This document shows positions 46,732-56,214 of a stretch of 64,000 nt of DNA, piece after piece. Under the pieces are notes generated by a model. It did no database searches, was not told the origin of the DNA, and was given only the letters and a program-made list of their open reading frames with translations. The first letter of the stretch is position 1. Each line of letters begins with the position of its first letter. Position numbers and translations under genes: made by a program. Source of the DNA: a virus (taxonomy: Duplodnaviria > Heunggongvirae > Uroviricota > Caudoviricetes); IMG/VR virus record IMGVR_UViG_3300021400_002728, positions 37,154 to 101,153 of that record; one strand, given 5' to 3'.

Positions 46732-46767
46732 ATTATAATATAGAATAATTACTGTGTAAATAGTTTT
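46732..46767 (-). promoter_or_regulatory. Promoter P-o: AAAAAACTATTTACA -N17- TATAAT
   Basis: Family member. Confidence 0.6.
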
Positions 46768-46777
46768 TTAAACACAA

Positions 46778-46808
46778 AAGGAGACTGGTTCATAAACCAA
46801 TCTCCTTA
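46778..46808 (-). terminator. 13-bp hairpin (AAGGAGACTGGTT/AACCAATCTCCTT, 1 mismatch) then UUUUGUGUU on minus RNA; terminator after 46816..47595
   Basis: Seen in sequence. Confidence 0.55.
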
Positions 46809-46815
46809 GAGTACT

Positions 46816-47595
46816 TTACCAACCTACGTAAACATCAATTGTTCCGTAAGCACAACCACAGTCATATATCTTACCAGGTCTACCAAAAGGTGTATCAACT
46901 ATTGTACCTCTTGAAATATATTCAATATCTGCTGCAAGACATATATAACCGTCTTCGTCACATACAAAACCATCTTCATCGAGATGACGACCAGGAATAT
47001 CAAGTCCACCACCAGGAAGAACTTTTTCAGAATACCATGTCCATTTAGAACCATTCCATCTAAATGTACCATGATATCTTAACTCTTCTGGAGTATAAGC
47101 AGCTTCAGTAGTATCAACCTCACTTATAGCTGAAGTTTCTATAAACTGATCTTCTTCTGAATTGTGAAGAATTCCAGTATTTACTTCTTCAACTCTTTCA
47201 CTATAACGAGTTTCTTCTTCGACTTCGACTATTTCAGATTTCTCTTCTAATCCATTAGCCATTGCTTCATATACTGAATAAGGTGCGCCAGGAATAATTT
47301 CGAACTCATAACCATTTACAGCAACTATATTAGTATTGTCTGGACCATAAAGTTCACGATAATATGCTGCCTTATCTTCATAATCATTAGAAATAGGTTT
47401 AACTTCTAATTCCTGTGCGGCACTAGCTGCAGTACTAAATGCAATTTTCTTAGTAGTTTCTGTCATCTCTTGTGCTTCAGCATCTGCCTTAACTATACAT
47501 ACCATTATTATATAGGCAACGATTGTAAGTATAGTTAAATATACACGTTTTTGCTGATAAATTGATTTTATAATGTTTTGTAAATAATTTTTCAT
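46816..47595 (-). CDS. Membrane-anchored 3D-domain protein (MltA/YuiC/Rpf-like peptidoglycan lytic domain)
   Basis: N-terminal TM; C-terminal ...DEDGYICLAADIEYISRGTIVDTPFGRPGKIYDCGCAYGTIDVYVGW with conserved Asp triad pattern. Confidence 0.6.
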   Translation of the reverse strand: MKNYLQNIIKSIYQQKRVYLTILTIVAYIIMVCIVKADAEAQEMTETTKKIAFSTAASAAQELEVKPISNDYEDKAAYYRELYGPDNTNIVAVNGYEFEIIPGAPYSVYEAMANGLEEKSEIVEVEEETRYSERVEEVNTGILHNSEEDQFIETSAISEVDTTEAAYTPEELRYHGTFRWNGSKWTWYSEKVLPGGGLDIPGRHLDEDGFVCDEDGYICLAADIEYISRGTIVDTPFGRPGKIYDCGCAYGTIDVYVGW

Positions 47596-47674
47596 CTTTC
47601 TCTGTCCTTTTATACAGTTAAGAACACTCCTTCGAACGTAAGCTGTATTCTCTAGAGTGTTCTTTAACTCTTAT

Positions 47675-48607
47675 TTAGGCCATTAAAATCATGGTGTAAG
47701 CCTGATCAACAAGTGCACTGCCGTGAGCAATATACATGTAGCGGTTGATGTTACTATTCTTAGTATTTCTTCCTTCAACATGATCTGCGTAATCGGCAAC
47801 TGCAGAAATGAACTTGTATCCGGTAGATCCAAATTCGAACAAATCTTCTTTCTCAAGAAATACTGAAAGAAGCTGTCCTCTTCTGCATTCCTGATTTTCT
47901 TTCTGCTTATCAGTCATATCGTCATTGATAGGAAACAGACGATTGATGAACTGCATTACCTGAACATCAGAAATTTTGATAGACTGGAGAACTTCACATT
48001 CTCTGTTAAGAGCCTTCATGTAAGAAGAACCTGCAAGAAGAATTTCTCTTGCTTCATCGATCTTCTTCATAGGATCACCAGAGTGTACACATCTCCAATG
48101 TCTAGACTGATCTCTTAAAGGGATATTAAGTGCATTTGAGCACGCAATTCTCTCAGGGACGATCATACATTTGACTGATCCTGTGCCATCGTGCGAGTTC
48201 ATAAAGATCAGATAACAATCAACTTCATCACCGAGGATAGAATACTGACCAGAAATCTTAGCTTCAAGCCACGTAGAAGATCCACCACGATAAGATCCAC
48301 CACGGATGAACTCAATCTCCTTTGAATTATAGATCGATTCAGTAAACGCGAATGCATCTACATTATTTACGATCTTATACTTATCAGAGACTATACCGAG
48401 AGGTTTTTCATCAGCTTCCCTAACAATAATGTTAGAACCGGGAACCTCGATCTGCTTACCATTAACTTCAGTATATACAGGATGTGCAGAAACAGTCCAA
48501 TTAAGACCAGCCTGTGCAAGAACATCATCATAAGACTTTGCATCGACGATTTTCTCACCGAAACCTGTATGCAACTTTTCTTTCTGTAAAAAACTAAGAT
48601 CTGCCAT
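47675..48607 (-). CDS. DUF932/DUF945-family phage/plasmid protein
   Basis: Size and motif LIFMNSHDGTGS (NSHDGS-like). Confidence 0.5.
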   Translation of the reverse strand: MADLSFLQKEKLHTGFGEKIVDAKSYDDVLAQAGLNWTVSAHPVYTEVNGKQIEVPGSNIIVREADEKPLGIVSDKYKIVNNVDAFAFTESIYNSKEIEFIRGGSYRGGSSTWLEAKISGQYSILGDEVDCYLIFMNSHDGTGSVKCMIVPERIACSNALNIPLRDQSRHWRCVHSGDPMKKIDEAREILLAGSSYMKALNRECEVLQSIKISDVQVMQFINRLFPINDDMTDKQKENQECRRGQLLSVFLEKEDLFEFGSTGYKFISAVADYADHVEGRNTKNSNINRYMYIAHGSALVDQAYTMILMA

Positions 48608-48661
48608 ATCAATACCTCCTTAAATAAATCTGCGTTTATTGTTTCTTTATTTTATGGTATT

Positions 48662-48697
48662 ATTATAACACGATCTTAGATAAATGTAAACAGTTTT
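48662..48697 (-). promoter_or_regulatory. Promoter P-p (variant): AAAACTGTTTACA -N17- TGtTATAAT
   Basis: Family member with C to G change in upstream element. Confidence 0.55.
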
Positions 48698-48718
48698 ATT
48701 AAATTTTTTGAAAACTAT

Positions 48719-49657
48719 TTAAACGATCTTAGCAGAAAGAAATTGCTCCTTTGTCATATCATTGATGTCTTTACAGTCACCATAGCATGAATAATCAATT
48801 TCTTTAATAATTTTATTGGTGACGTTTTTACGAAACTTTTCTCTAGCTTTCTTACCAGCATCATCATTATCTGTTGCAAGTATTAAATATCTTAAGTCTG
48901 ATTTCTTAATAAGATCATATTGATGACTAGATCCAGTTCCATTCAACGCAATAGCATATTTACCATGAGACCAAATAGCAAGTGCATCTAACATAGACTC
49001 ACATACATAAACCTCATTTATTTCTACGCCTTTACGTCTTTCACGATAGATTTCATATAATCCATAAACTGGCTTATCCACACCTTCGGGATAATGAAAG
49101 TATTTATTCTTAACATTACGTGTAGCAATAAAAAGAATATTACCGAATTCGTCTTTATTTGGAAATGTGATACAGTCATGCTCCTTATCATATCCAATAT
49201 CGAACTTACGAATAGTATCTAAATTAAGTTTTCTTTCGAACATATATGGATGTGTAAATCTATACGTCTTGAGTATCTCTTTGTCTACAAATTCTACCGT
49301 CTTCTTTTCTCTCGATGGCAGATTAAATTTGACTTTGCGCTCTTCAATAGCACTTCCGTCAAAGTTCTCTAATAACCATGATCGCCCGTTTACTTGTAGA
49401 CAATAAGTTACCACATCTGCAAGGCTATGTGTTTCCTTACAGCCGAAACAATAGAATAACCCGTCAGTTAGTCTAAACTGTGCTGACGGATGATTCTCTT
49501 GTCCGAATTTATGATATGGACATTGAACGGACAAATATCCGTTTAGTGTCTTATATCCTTTTAAAAAATACTTATTACCACTCTGACGACAATCTAATAT
49601 CAACTTATCGATTATCTGTTGAGTAGTGGTATTGAGATTAAGATCTCCAACTTTCAT
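48719..49657 (-). CDS. DNA primase (zinc-binding CHC2 + TOPRIM, DnaG-like)
   Basis: CPYHKFGQENHPSAQFRLTDGLFYCFGCKETH; TOPRIM VYVCESMLDALAIW, ILATDNDDAGKKA. Confidence 0.85.
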   Translation of the reverse strand: MKVGDLNLNTTTQQIIDKLILDCRQSGNKYFLKGYKTLNGYLSVQCPYHKFGQENHPSAQFRLTDGLFYCFGCKETHSLADVVTYCLQVNGRSWLLENFDGSAIEERKVKFNLPSREKKTVEFVDKEILKTYRFTHPYMFERKLNLDTIRKFDIGYDKEHDCITFPNKDEFGNILFIATRNVKNKYFHYPEGVDKPVYGLYEIYRERRKGVEINEVYVCESMLDALAIWSHGKYAIALNGTGSSHQYDLIKKSDLRYLILATDNDDAGKKAREKFRKNVTNKIIKEIDYSCYGDCKDINDMTKEQFLSAKIV

Positions 49658-50982
49658 TAGATTGCCTCTCCAACGTCATTGCTGAAATTATCATCAGCAT
49701 TTGTATCAATAGCAATACCATCTTTAGGATTAGCTGTATAAGTAAATGTACCAGTATTAATGTCATACTGATAGAACAGATGCTGTCCTTTCTCACCATA
49801 TCTATTTTTGCTAAGATACAATTTGACAATATCTTTTGCTTTATATACAGAGATTGCTCTTGATGCATTATGAGAAATACCATCAGAACCACGAATTGTA
49901 TCAAGCTCAGGTGATTCAGTACTTACTTCACCATCTGAATCTCTTGCACCGGTTCTGTTTGCCTGCATAACTGCTACAATAGGAATTTTCTTTTCCATAC
50001 TAAGAAGCATTAAATCTTCTGCAATATCAGTAAGGTTTTCAGTTGTATTCTTACCTCTATGACCTCTCTCATTTGTGAGATATGTAAGACCATCAATAAC
50101 AATCATCTTAAGATCGAGTGCTTCAATCCAACGTCTTAATTCAGTAACTGTAACTCTCTTATCAGGAAAGTCAAGCGGTGTTACTACATTGAAAAGAGGT
50201 CTGTCTTTATTTGCAAGAGTATTTACATACTGCTTATATTTAGTAGAGTCATAAGTTCCATCTGCTCCAGTAATTCCATGATTATCGAAATTCTTGAACA
50301 GAGTATCGAATCTATAACCAATTTGTTCTGCACTCATCTCAGGTGAGAAGAATCCAACATTTGCACCCTTACCTGTAGGTTTACCATTTTTATCCTTTGG
50401 ACCAGCCCAAACTTCAACTGCTAATTTCTCAGCAATCCAAGTTTTTGCATTATTTGTACGAGCATAGATAACAACTAACTCTTCACCTCTTCTTAATCCA
50501 CCATTAAGGATCATATCAAGCTCAGTAAGGTTAGTGCTGAAGATATACTCTTCTCTATCAGTTAACTTATCAATCAAACTATCATATCTTGTAGGAGCAG
50601 TTTTAATAATATCTACACCATAAGATCTATTAGGTTCCTGAATAGACTGAAGTTTTTGAATAATCATATCCTTCGTCTTAACTGCATCCTTTGCCCATTC
50701 AGTCTCACTATTGTTGATTGTTTCTACACAGTCATTATAGACATACTCTTCATATAATCTACGTTCGAGATATGTAGGTGATTCTGATACATCAAGTGCA
50801 GTAAAATCAGGAAATGCGTCGAGGACTGAAGCAACATCAGGAATATTTTTATATGTTCTGAAGTGTTTCAAAATAAAATTGTACTGATCTTTATAGTTAA
50901 AGTAGTACTTATCATCAAACTTTGTAAGGAAGTCGACGTCTTTCTTACTGATGATATAATTCAATGCCTGCAACTGTATCAT
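49657..50982 (-). CDS. Replicative DNA helicase, DnaB family
   Basis: RecA-like C-terminal domain: LVVIYARTNNAKTWIA (Walker A variant), MIVIDGLTYL (Walker B), IVAVMQANR. Confidence 0.8.
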   Translation of the reverse strand: MIQLQALNYIISKKDVDFLTKFDDKYYFNYKDQYNFILKHFRTYKNIPDVASVLDAFPDFTALDVSESPTYLERRLYEEYVYNDCVETINNSETEWAKDAVKTKDMIIQKLQSIQEPNRSYGVDIIKTAPTRYDSLIDKLTDREEYIFSTNLTELDMILNGGLRRGEELVVIYARTNNAKTWIAEKLAVEVWAGPKDKNGKPTGKGANVGFFSPEMSAEQIGYRFDTLFKNFDNHGITGADGTYDSTKYKQYVNTLANKDRPLFNVVTPLDFPDKRVTVTELRRWIEALDLKMIVIDGLTYLTNERGHRGKNTTENLTDIAEDLMLLSMEKKIPIVAVMQANRTGARDSDGEVSTESPELDTIRGSDGISHNASRAISVYKAKDIVKLYLSKNRYGEKGQHLFYQYDINTGTFTYTANPKDGIAIDTNADDNFSNDVGEAI

Positions 50983-51644
50983 AATTTTCCTCCAGCTCTA
51001 AAGTCATCAGACTTAAACTCAATGACTTTTGAACCATTAAAGATTCTACTTGCAAGTCGTCCACCTATTTGATTTTTCAGAGTTTCATAGTCTGTAATGT
51101 TGCTTGTATAGATATTACTCTTATCATTAGCAATTCTGAAATCGATAAACTGAAGTAACTGTTCATGTTCATAATCAGTTAATCTACCAAATGCTAAGTC
51201 ATCCCATATAACAAGATCTGCTTCTTTAATTCTGTTAATATATTCAGGAATTGCATCAAACTTCTTAATATCTAACAAGAAGGTTGGTACATTTACAAAT
51301 ACCCCTCTTGGAAAATCATAACTACCTTTCCAAGTCTGATCTAAATAACGAAGCATTATCTTTGCTGCCCAGGTAGTTTTAGCATTACCACATGTTGTAG
51401 AACATATATAGAGGCTCTTTCCTGACCTCACGAAGTTAACTACTTCTTCGCCTTTATATTTATTTAACTCATCATATTGAGCCTCATCTGCGTCAACATG
51501 GTAAATCTGGAATGGTTTCTTGTACATACTTGGAAGGTTACTCAACTCCAACTGATTGTTGAAAAATCTGTAACGTTCACAAGATGCTGAGCACGGAGAT
51601 GCTTTACATACCTTACTATGAAAACAATCTTTCATCTTAGCCAT
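50979..51644 (-). CDS. DnaC/DnaI-like helicase loader (AAA+)
   Basis: Walker A CSTTCGNAKTTWAA, Walker B ADLVIWDDLAF; N-terminal Cys cluster. Confidence 0.65.
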   Translation of the reverse strand: MAKMKDCFHSKVCKASPCSASCERYRFFNNQLELSNLPSMYKKPFQIYHVDADEAQYDELNKYKGEEVVNFVRSGKSLYICSTTCGNAKTTWAAKIMLRYLDQTWKGSYDFPRGVFVNVPTFLLDIKKFDAIPEYINRIKEADLVIWDDLAFGRLTDYEHEQLLQFIDFRIANDKSNIYTSNITDYETLKNQIGGRLASRIFNGSKVIEFKSDDFRAGGKL

Positions 51645-51647
51645 ATT

Positions 51648-52424
51648 TTAATAAGTTCCTTTCTTACCTTCTGCGTCTAATGCTTCAGCACGTTCTTTAA
51701 TCTTCTGAATATCTTCTTCTGTATAAGAACCACTAGAAATCATAGTCTTATCAAAAGTTGCATGAGACGAAGTATTTACTTTCTGTTTAGGTTCTACCTT
51801 AGGCTGATTTCCGACTCTCTGGTCTACAAACTTGAACCATTCTCTGTCAATTGAGTTCTGAATACATGTTATCATATCATCATCACTCATCTTAAAACTT
51901 ACTAAATCATTAATCTTAGCTCGAACTACATATCCATGAAGCGCATCAGCGTCAGCAAATCTTCCACGTCTATTCATCCAAGTTTCAAAATACTGAATTA
52001 GTAAGTTGGTGATCTTCTCATTGAAATTATAACTATTGATAAGACCAACCATTTTCTCATAAGCGTTAAGAACCTTAGGCTGTTCCTGAACTGTGTTCTT
52101 AAACTCTTCAACCTGTGCTTCATCGATCTTTTTAGCGACAGTCTTTTCATTCTGAGTCTTAATAGCAAATTCAGCTTCACCTTTTTTATTGATTACAATG
52201 TAACCAATTTTAATAAGTTCGTCGAAAAAGGTATCTAACTCTTCTTTCGTCGATGTAGATACCTCTGTAAGCTCTTCTAATGAAGAGATACTGGAAGAAC
52301 TGTAATATAACTGAGCGTACAATCCTTTTGCTCCGATGGATAAACGCTCGTCTTCAAAGATTAGTGCTGGAAGTACCATAAAGTCTCTATTCTTTGGTTT
52401 CTTAACAAAATCTTTTCTCGCCAT
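51648..52424 (-). CDS. Replication initiation/replisome organizer protein, DnaD-like
   Basis: N-terminal LPALIFEDERLSIGAKGLYAQLYY (replisome-organizer N domain pattern) and C-terminal DnaD-like segment. Confidence 0.6.
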   Translation of the reverse strand: MARKDFVKKPKNRDFMVLPALIFEDERLSIGAKGLYAQLYYSSSSISSLEELTEVSTSTKEELDTFFDELIKIGYIVINKKGEAEFAIKTQNEKTVAKKIDEAQVEEFKNTVQEQPKVLNAYEKMVGLINSYNFNEKITNLLIQYFETWMNRRGRFADADALHGYVVRAKINDLVSFKMSDDDMITCIQNSIDREWFKFVDQRVGNQPKVEPKQKVNTSSHATFDKTMISSGSYTEEDIQKIKERAEALDAEGKKGTY

Positions 52425-52427
52425 ATC

Positions 52428-52805
52428 TTAGTTACTCCAATTCTTTAATTCTTGTGTGAGCTTAGACTTTTCACAGTCTGTAGGTGAAATATTCTCGTTT
52501 CTCAGATTTCGTATTATAGCACGATTAGTACTAACATAGTAAGTTTTATTATTATAGCTAGCTACATACTTCAAATGATCCATATAATACTTTATGAAGT
52601 TATTGTTCATTTCATAATCAAAATTATCTACACAATCACAAAATATTGCATATCGATCATTGATATCCTCGAAAATTTTATATCCGCACTTGAAGACCCT
52701 ATGCCACACATACATATGATCTCCAATTGATAAGGCTTCGATGATATCAGCCTGATCATTGGTATCTTTCTTCATGCTACTCTCCTTACTATTCGAAATA
52801 AACAA
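52428..52805 (-). CDS. Hypothetical protein
   Basis: ORF track. Confidence 0.45.
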   Translation of the reverse strand: MFISNSKESSMKKDTNDQADIIEALSIGDHMYVWHRVFKCGYKIFEDINDRYAIFCDCVDNFDYEMNNNFIKYYMDHLKYVASYNNKTYYVSTNRAIIRNLRNENISPTDCEKSKLTQELKNWSN

Positions 52806-52840
52806 TACAATCTAGAACGAATTCTAGACTGTATTGTGTT
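52801..52840 (-). terminator. Long AT-rich hairpin (about 16 bp incl. UCUAGAA-UUCG-UUCUAGA core) after 52852..53841; U-rich on both strands
   Basis: Seen in sequence; stronger T-run on plus strand. Confidence 0.4.
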
Positions 52841-52851
52841 ATTTTTGGTTT

Positions 52852-53841
52852 TTATCCCTGATTCAAGATATGAATACCACTTCCGTGCTGAGACACAAGG
52901 TAGAATTTTGGTGACTTAAGGAACCAAGCATTTCCACGAGTCTCAACCCATTCGAAACCAGTTTTATTGATCTCAGGGGGTTCTGACGTATTCTTTAATG
53001 TTAATGAGCCGTCATTCTCATCACACTCATATTCATAGGCATTGATAAAGCTAAATGCACTCTTGAAGTCATTGATTGCAAGTATCTCATCAATGTAGTT
53101 AGGATCTGGACTAATTAACTTAGACAGATGCTTTGCTTCTAACTTAGAGAACTTAGTAGTAATTCTTCTGCCCATAGCTTCAGAAATCATATCCAACCAA
53201 AGATATGAAGGAATTGAAAGTGAAGTCTTTTCAGAATCACCAACAATATATCCATATCCAGCAATATGCTCAGTAGCAAATCTGAATAATCCTAAAGGCA
53301 TAGAAATAATAGGAAGATTGATCTCGAACTTGTTACCAAATTCCTTAGGTGAAATCACAATAGGAATATAATCTCCCTTAAACTTACCTTCTGCTCCACC
53401 CTGTACAATATATTCTTTATAATCAAGTCCATTACCAGAATTAGATGCACTTTCCTTGGCAAATCCTAATGCTGAATATGAACGAATTCTATTTGTACCT
53501 TTTCCATGACTTGCATTCCAGTTAACTAAAAGAGCAAAGAATAAGTCATTACCAGTAATACCACCATCTAAGGTATTTCCAGTAATACTACAAATTGCAT
53601 CTAAGAATGTAAGTGCAGTGGTAAGTCTACGTAACTGATCATCATTGATATCTTTAGTAAAAATACACTCAGTAATAACTGAAAGTATATTCTTATCAGC
53701 TAAAAGCTTATCTAAAGCAGCTTTCTTCTGTTCCTCATTACTAGAGAAGAATGAATAATAGATACCATTATCCTGATCTCCAGAACTTACATGAGTTAAT
53801 TCAACTTCATTAATATCGTAATTATATCGTTTTCTAGGCAT
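52852..53841 (-). CDS. Hypothetical protein
   Basis: ORF track. Confidence 0.5.
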   Translation of the reverse strand: MPRKRYNYDINEVELTHVSSGDQDNGIYYSFFSSNEEQKKAALDKLLADKNILSVITECIFTKDINDDQLRRLTTALTFLDAICSITGNTLDGGITGNDLFFALLVNWNASHGKGTNRIRSYSALGFAKESASNSGNGLDYKEYIVQGGAEGKFKGDYIPIVISPKEFGNKFEINLPIISMPLGLFRFATEHIAGYGYIVGDSEKTSLSIPSYLWLDMISEAMGRRITTKFSKLEAKHLSKLISPDPNYIDEILAINDFKSAFSFINAYEYECDENDGSLTLKNTSEPPEINKTGFEWVETRGNAWFLKSPKFYLVSQHGSGIHILNQG

Positions 53842-53881
53842 AACTATAGCCTCCTTTCAAATTTGAATGGAGCACTACGTA

Positions 53882-54049
53882 TTAGAATCCGAGAAAATCA
53901 AGAACCTCTTTGCGATCTTCCTTCTCCTCTTCAGTAAGAGCTCCGGTCTCCACGCGATGAATGTATTCCTGCAAATTTTTATCTGCCTGGAAAGCTGCTA
54001 CTTCATCACTTACTTCATTGTTCTTAATTTCCTTGCTAGTGTCTGCCAT
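53882..54049 (-). CDS. Small acidic hypothetical protein (55 aa), below track cutoff
   Basis: Own translation MADTSKEIKNNEVSDEVAAFQADKNLQEYIHRVETGALTEEEKEDRKEVLDFLGF; AAGGAG-7nt-ATG; locally GC-richer. Confidence 0.4.
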   Translation of the reverse strand: MADTSKEIKNNEVSDEVAAFQADKNLQEYIHRVETGALTEEEKEDRKEVLDFLGF

Positions 54050-54068
54050 AATAAATCTCCTTTTCTGT

Positions 54069-54635
54069 TCACTTTTTCTTAATAAATCCTGGTTCTATGG
54101 TATCATAGATTTGATCCAGAATTTTATAAGCATTTGTGTTTTTCTCACTAACTGTTGCTTCATAATCTACATCATAGATCGTATCTGCACGAATACCATA
54201 TGTCCATGTGGACTTTCCAGTAAACATACTACAATTTAGTGCATTCACTCTATTAAATATAAATAGCTCTTCATTATGCATGTAGATTATTCGGTCATAA
54301 AAATTGTTAGGCAAAAATAATTTCTCATTAACTGTAGTTTTAATCACTCCAGTTAGTTCTCGTAGACCTATAACCATATGATCAGCATGATAACCTTCTA
54401 TGTTGATGATATGGTACTTTTTACCTTTTTCTTTATCACCGACAATATAAACATGGATTTGTTTGGATACGATCACGATAAACTTTGGATCAAAGAAATA
54501 TTTCAAGAATGGATATTCAGGATGTCCTTTAGGTCCATATTTACGTTCATCTGATATTATATGAGCAGCTCTAAATAACTTTTCAGCCTTTGGATTGATA
54601 CTAAGAACCGCCTCTGTCACATCTTGAGCTGTCAT
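54069..54635 (-). CDS. Hypothetical protein
   Basis: ORF track. Confidence 0.5.
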   Translation of the reverse strand: MTAQDVTEAVLSINPKAEKLFRAAHIISDERKYGPKGHPEYPFLKYFFDPKFIVIVSKQIHVYIVGDKEKGKKYHIINIEGYHADHMVIGLRELTGVIKTTVNEKLFLPNNFYDRIIYMHNEELFIFNRVNALNCSMFTGKSTWTYGIRADTIYDVDYEATVSEKNTNAYKILDQIYDTIEPGFIKKK

Positions 54636-54659
54636 GTCGCAAATCTCCTTATTTAATTT

Positions 54660-54695
54660 ATTATATCATAGATCAAACAAATAGTAAATAGTTTA
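54660..54695 (-). promoter_or_regulatory. Promoter P-q (variant): AAACTATTTACT -N17- TGaTATAAT
   Basis: Family member. Confidence 0.55.
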
Positions 54696-55160
54696 TTTAG
54701 CTTTCAAGTACAATAATTTAATAGGTTTCATCTTTTCTGCAAAGAATGTCTCTTCTCTAAGGTAGTTACAAAAATAATCTACTACAATACATACTTGCTC
54801 TGCCCAAGGTTCATTATATGTCTTAATATTATATTTAGTCACTAAATTACCATATACAATATTCTGAATAGTAATAGATGATCTAAAGTTCCAAGTACCT
54901 ATACACTTGAGCATTTCATCATATATGTCAGATAAGTACTCTACTAAAAAATCTACAGTTACGTCCGAGTTAGATGTCAAGAAGTTAAAATCAACATTAT
55001 TGACTAACTCTGCGATAAAGAAACCATTTGGATTATGTGTACACGTATCATGTTTAAGTAGTGCTACGTCTCTTCCTTTATATGTATACTTAGGTTCTTC
55101 TTTTGATACAACTATACGATTACAATATGGGCATTTAGTAAATTTACAATTTGCAAGCAT
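54693..55160 (-). CDS. Hypothetical protein with N-terminal Cys pair
   Basis: ORF track; CKFTKCPYC. Confidence 0.5.
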   Translation of the reverse strand: MLANCKFTKCPYCNRIVVSKEEPKYTYKGRDVALLKHDTCTHNPNGFFIAELVNNVDFNFLTSNSDVTVDFLVEYLSDIYDEMLKCIGTWNFRSSITIQNIVYGNLVTKYNIKTYNEPWAEQVCIVVDYFCNYLREETFFAEKMKPIKLLYLKAK

Positions 55161-55177
55161 TTTTATTTCCTCGTTAT

Positions 55178-55636
55178 CTATACTTCATCTTCATCACCAT
55201 AACGATCCAATAATTCTTTCATTCTCTGAAATGTAGGTTCATCTACTATATAATAGTTTTTACTACTAGGACCAAAACTAAATACTACTGCAGTATGATC
55301 TTTTTTCATATAGATAGATTCTTCAAGGTTCTTAGTAAACCAACTTTTCTTAACTGAAAAGCTTTCTTGATCTTTAACACATGTTTTACATTCAATAAGC
55401 CAATTCTGGTCAGTTACATCGCCTTTATTATAAGGGGTAGCACCACTATTTGCAACCACCTTTGCACCTACTGCAGCTGCTACAGCTGTTTCCTGTTTCT
55501 TAGAAAAATATCTAGTAGGTTTCTTTTCTCCAGTATCTTTATGTTGTCTTAAAGAACTATTACTAGTTGTAGTAGTGTCTTTATGTTGTCTAGATTGACT
55601 GTCAGTAGAATTATCTTTACGCTGTCTAAACTGCAT
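55178..55636 (-). CDS. Putative PD-(D/E)XK-type nuclease (possible Holliday-junction resolvase-like), with N-terminal RQHKDT tandem repeats
   Basis: GDVTDQNWLIECK resembles D...E-x-K nuclease core; placement next to RecA-like gene; weak. Confidence 0.3.
   Translation of the reverse strand: MQFRQRKDNSTDSQSRQHKDTTTTSNSSLRQHKDTGEKKPTRYFSKKQETAVAAAVGAKVVANSGATPYNKGDVTDQNWLIECKTCVKDQESFSVKKSWFTKNLEESIYMKKDHTAVVFSFGPSSKNYYIVDEPTFQRMKELLDRYGDEDEV
55536..55633. repeat. Three imperfect direct repeats of TCTTTAYGYTGTCT (spacing 42 and 36 nt) inside 55178..55636
   Basis: Seen in sequence; encode RQHKD(T) peptide repeats. Confidence 0.5.
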
Positions 55637-55639
55637 ATA

Positions 55640-56104
55640 TTACTCCTCTATCTTAAATGCATCAGGTGATTTAATAAGAGTTACATTGTAATCTCTATAC
55701 ATTCCTAACCACTTATATCTACGAACTTCAAGATGAGGTTCTTCATGAGTAATTGTGATAAGAGTATCTTCCGTTACCTCTACATCACCCTTAAGATAAG
55801 TTACTGTCTGATTTTCAGTATCACACTTAATAATATCAGAAGTACTAATTACCTCAAACTTTGATTTCTCATTGCTAGGTGACATTGCTTTATATGGAAT
55901 AGTAAGCATAATTATACAAATACATCCAATAACCACAAATGTACCTATAAATGTAAGTATTCTCTTTTTATCAGACAAGCCCATAATTTTATCTTTGAAA
56001 TTGAAGAATAATGCTGCTGTTCCAGCTATCAATACAATCACAATAAAAATTGGAAAGTAAATACTGATGCTTGACTGCATGTTTGCATAAGAATATGGAA
56101 TCAT
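55640..56104 (-). CDS. Hypothetical two-TM membrane protein
   Basis: ORF track; hydrophobic helices. Confidence 0.5.
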   Translation of the reverse strand: MIPYSYANMQSSISIYFPIFIVIVLIAGTAALFFNFKDKIMGLSDKKRILTFIGTFVVIGCICIIMLTIPYKAMSPSNEKSKFEVISTSDIIKCDTENQTVTYLKGDVEVTEDTLITITHEEPHLEVRRYKWLGMYRDYNVTLIKSPDAFKIEE

Positions 56105-56143
56105 TTTATAAAATCTCCTTTAGTACATTTTTAGAAATAGTAG

Positions 56144-56162
56144 GAGGGGAATCGCACCCCTC
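56144..56162 (-). terminator. GC-rich hairpin GAGGGG-AATCGCA-CCCCTC downstream of RecA-like gene
   Basis: Seen in sequence; weak U-tract (CUACUAUUUCU). Confidence 0.4.
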
Positions 56163-56214
56163 AAGTTGTTATCAACTTCAATGGCTAAACTTCATTGCTA
56201 CCAAAAAATTCTAT

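Noticed and set aside
47610-47660. About 13-bp imperfect hairpin (AGTTAAGAACACTC...GAGTGTTCTTTAACT) between 47675..48607 and 46816..47595
   Set aside because: Long 26-nt loop and weak T-tracts; cannot call it a terminator with confidence; may be a regulatory stem.
48705-48718. Plus-strand-oriented copy of AAAACTATTTAAAC at the 3' end of the primase gene
   Set aside because: No -10 element at 17 bp on the plus strand, and it overlaps the primase stop codon. An AT-rich 10-mer is expected by chance about once in this window.
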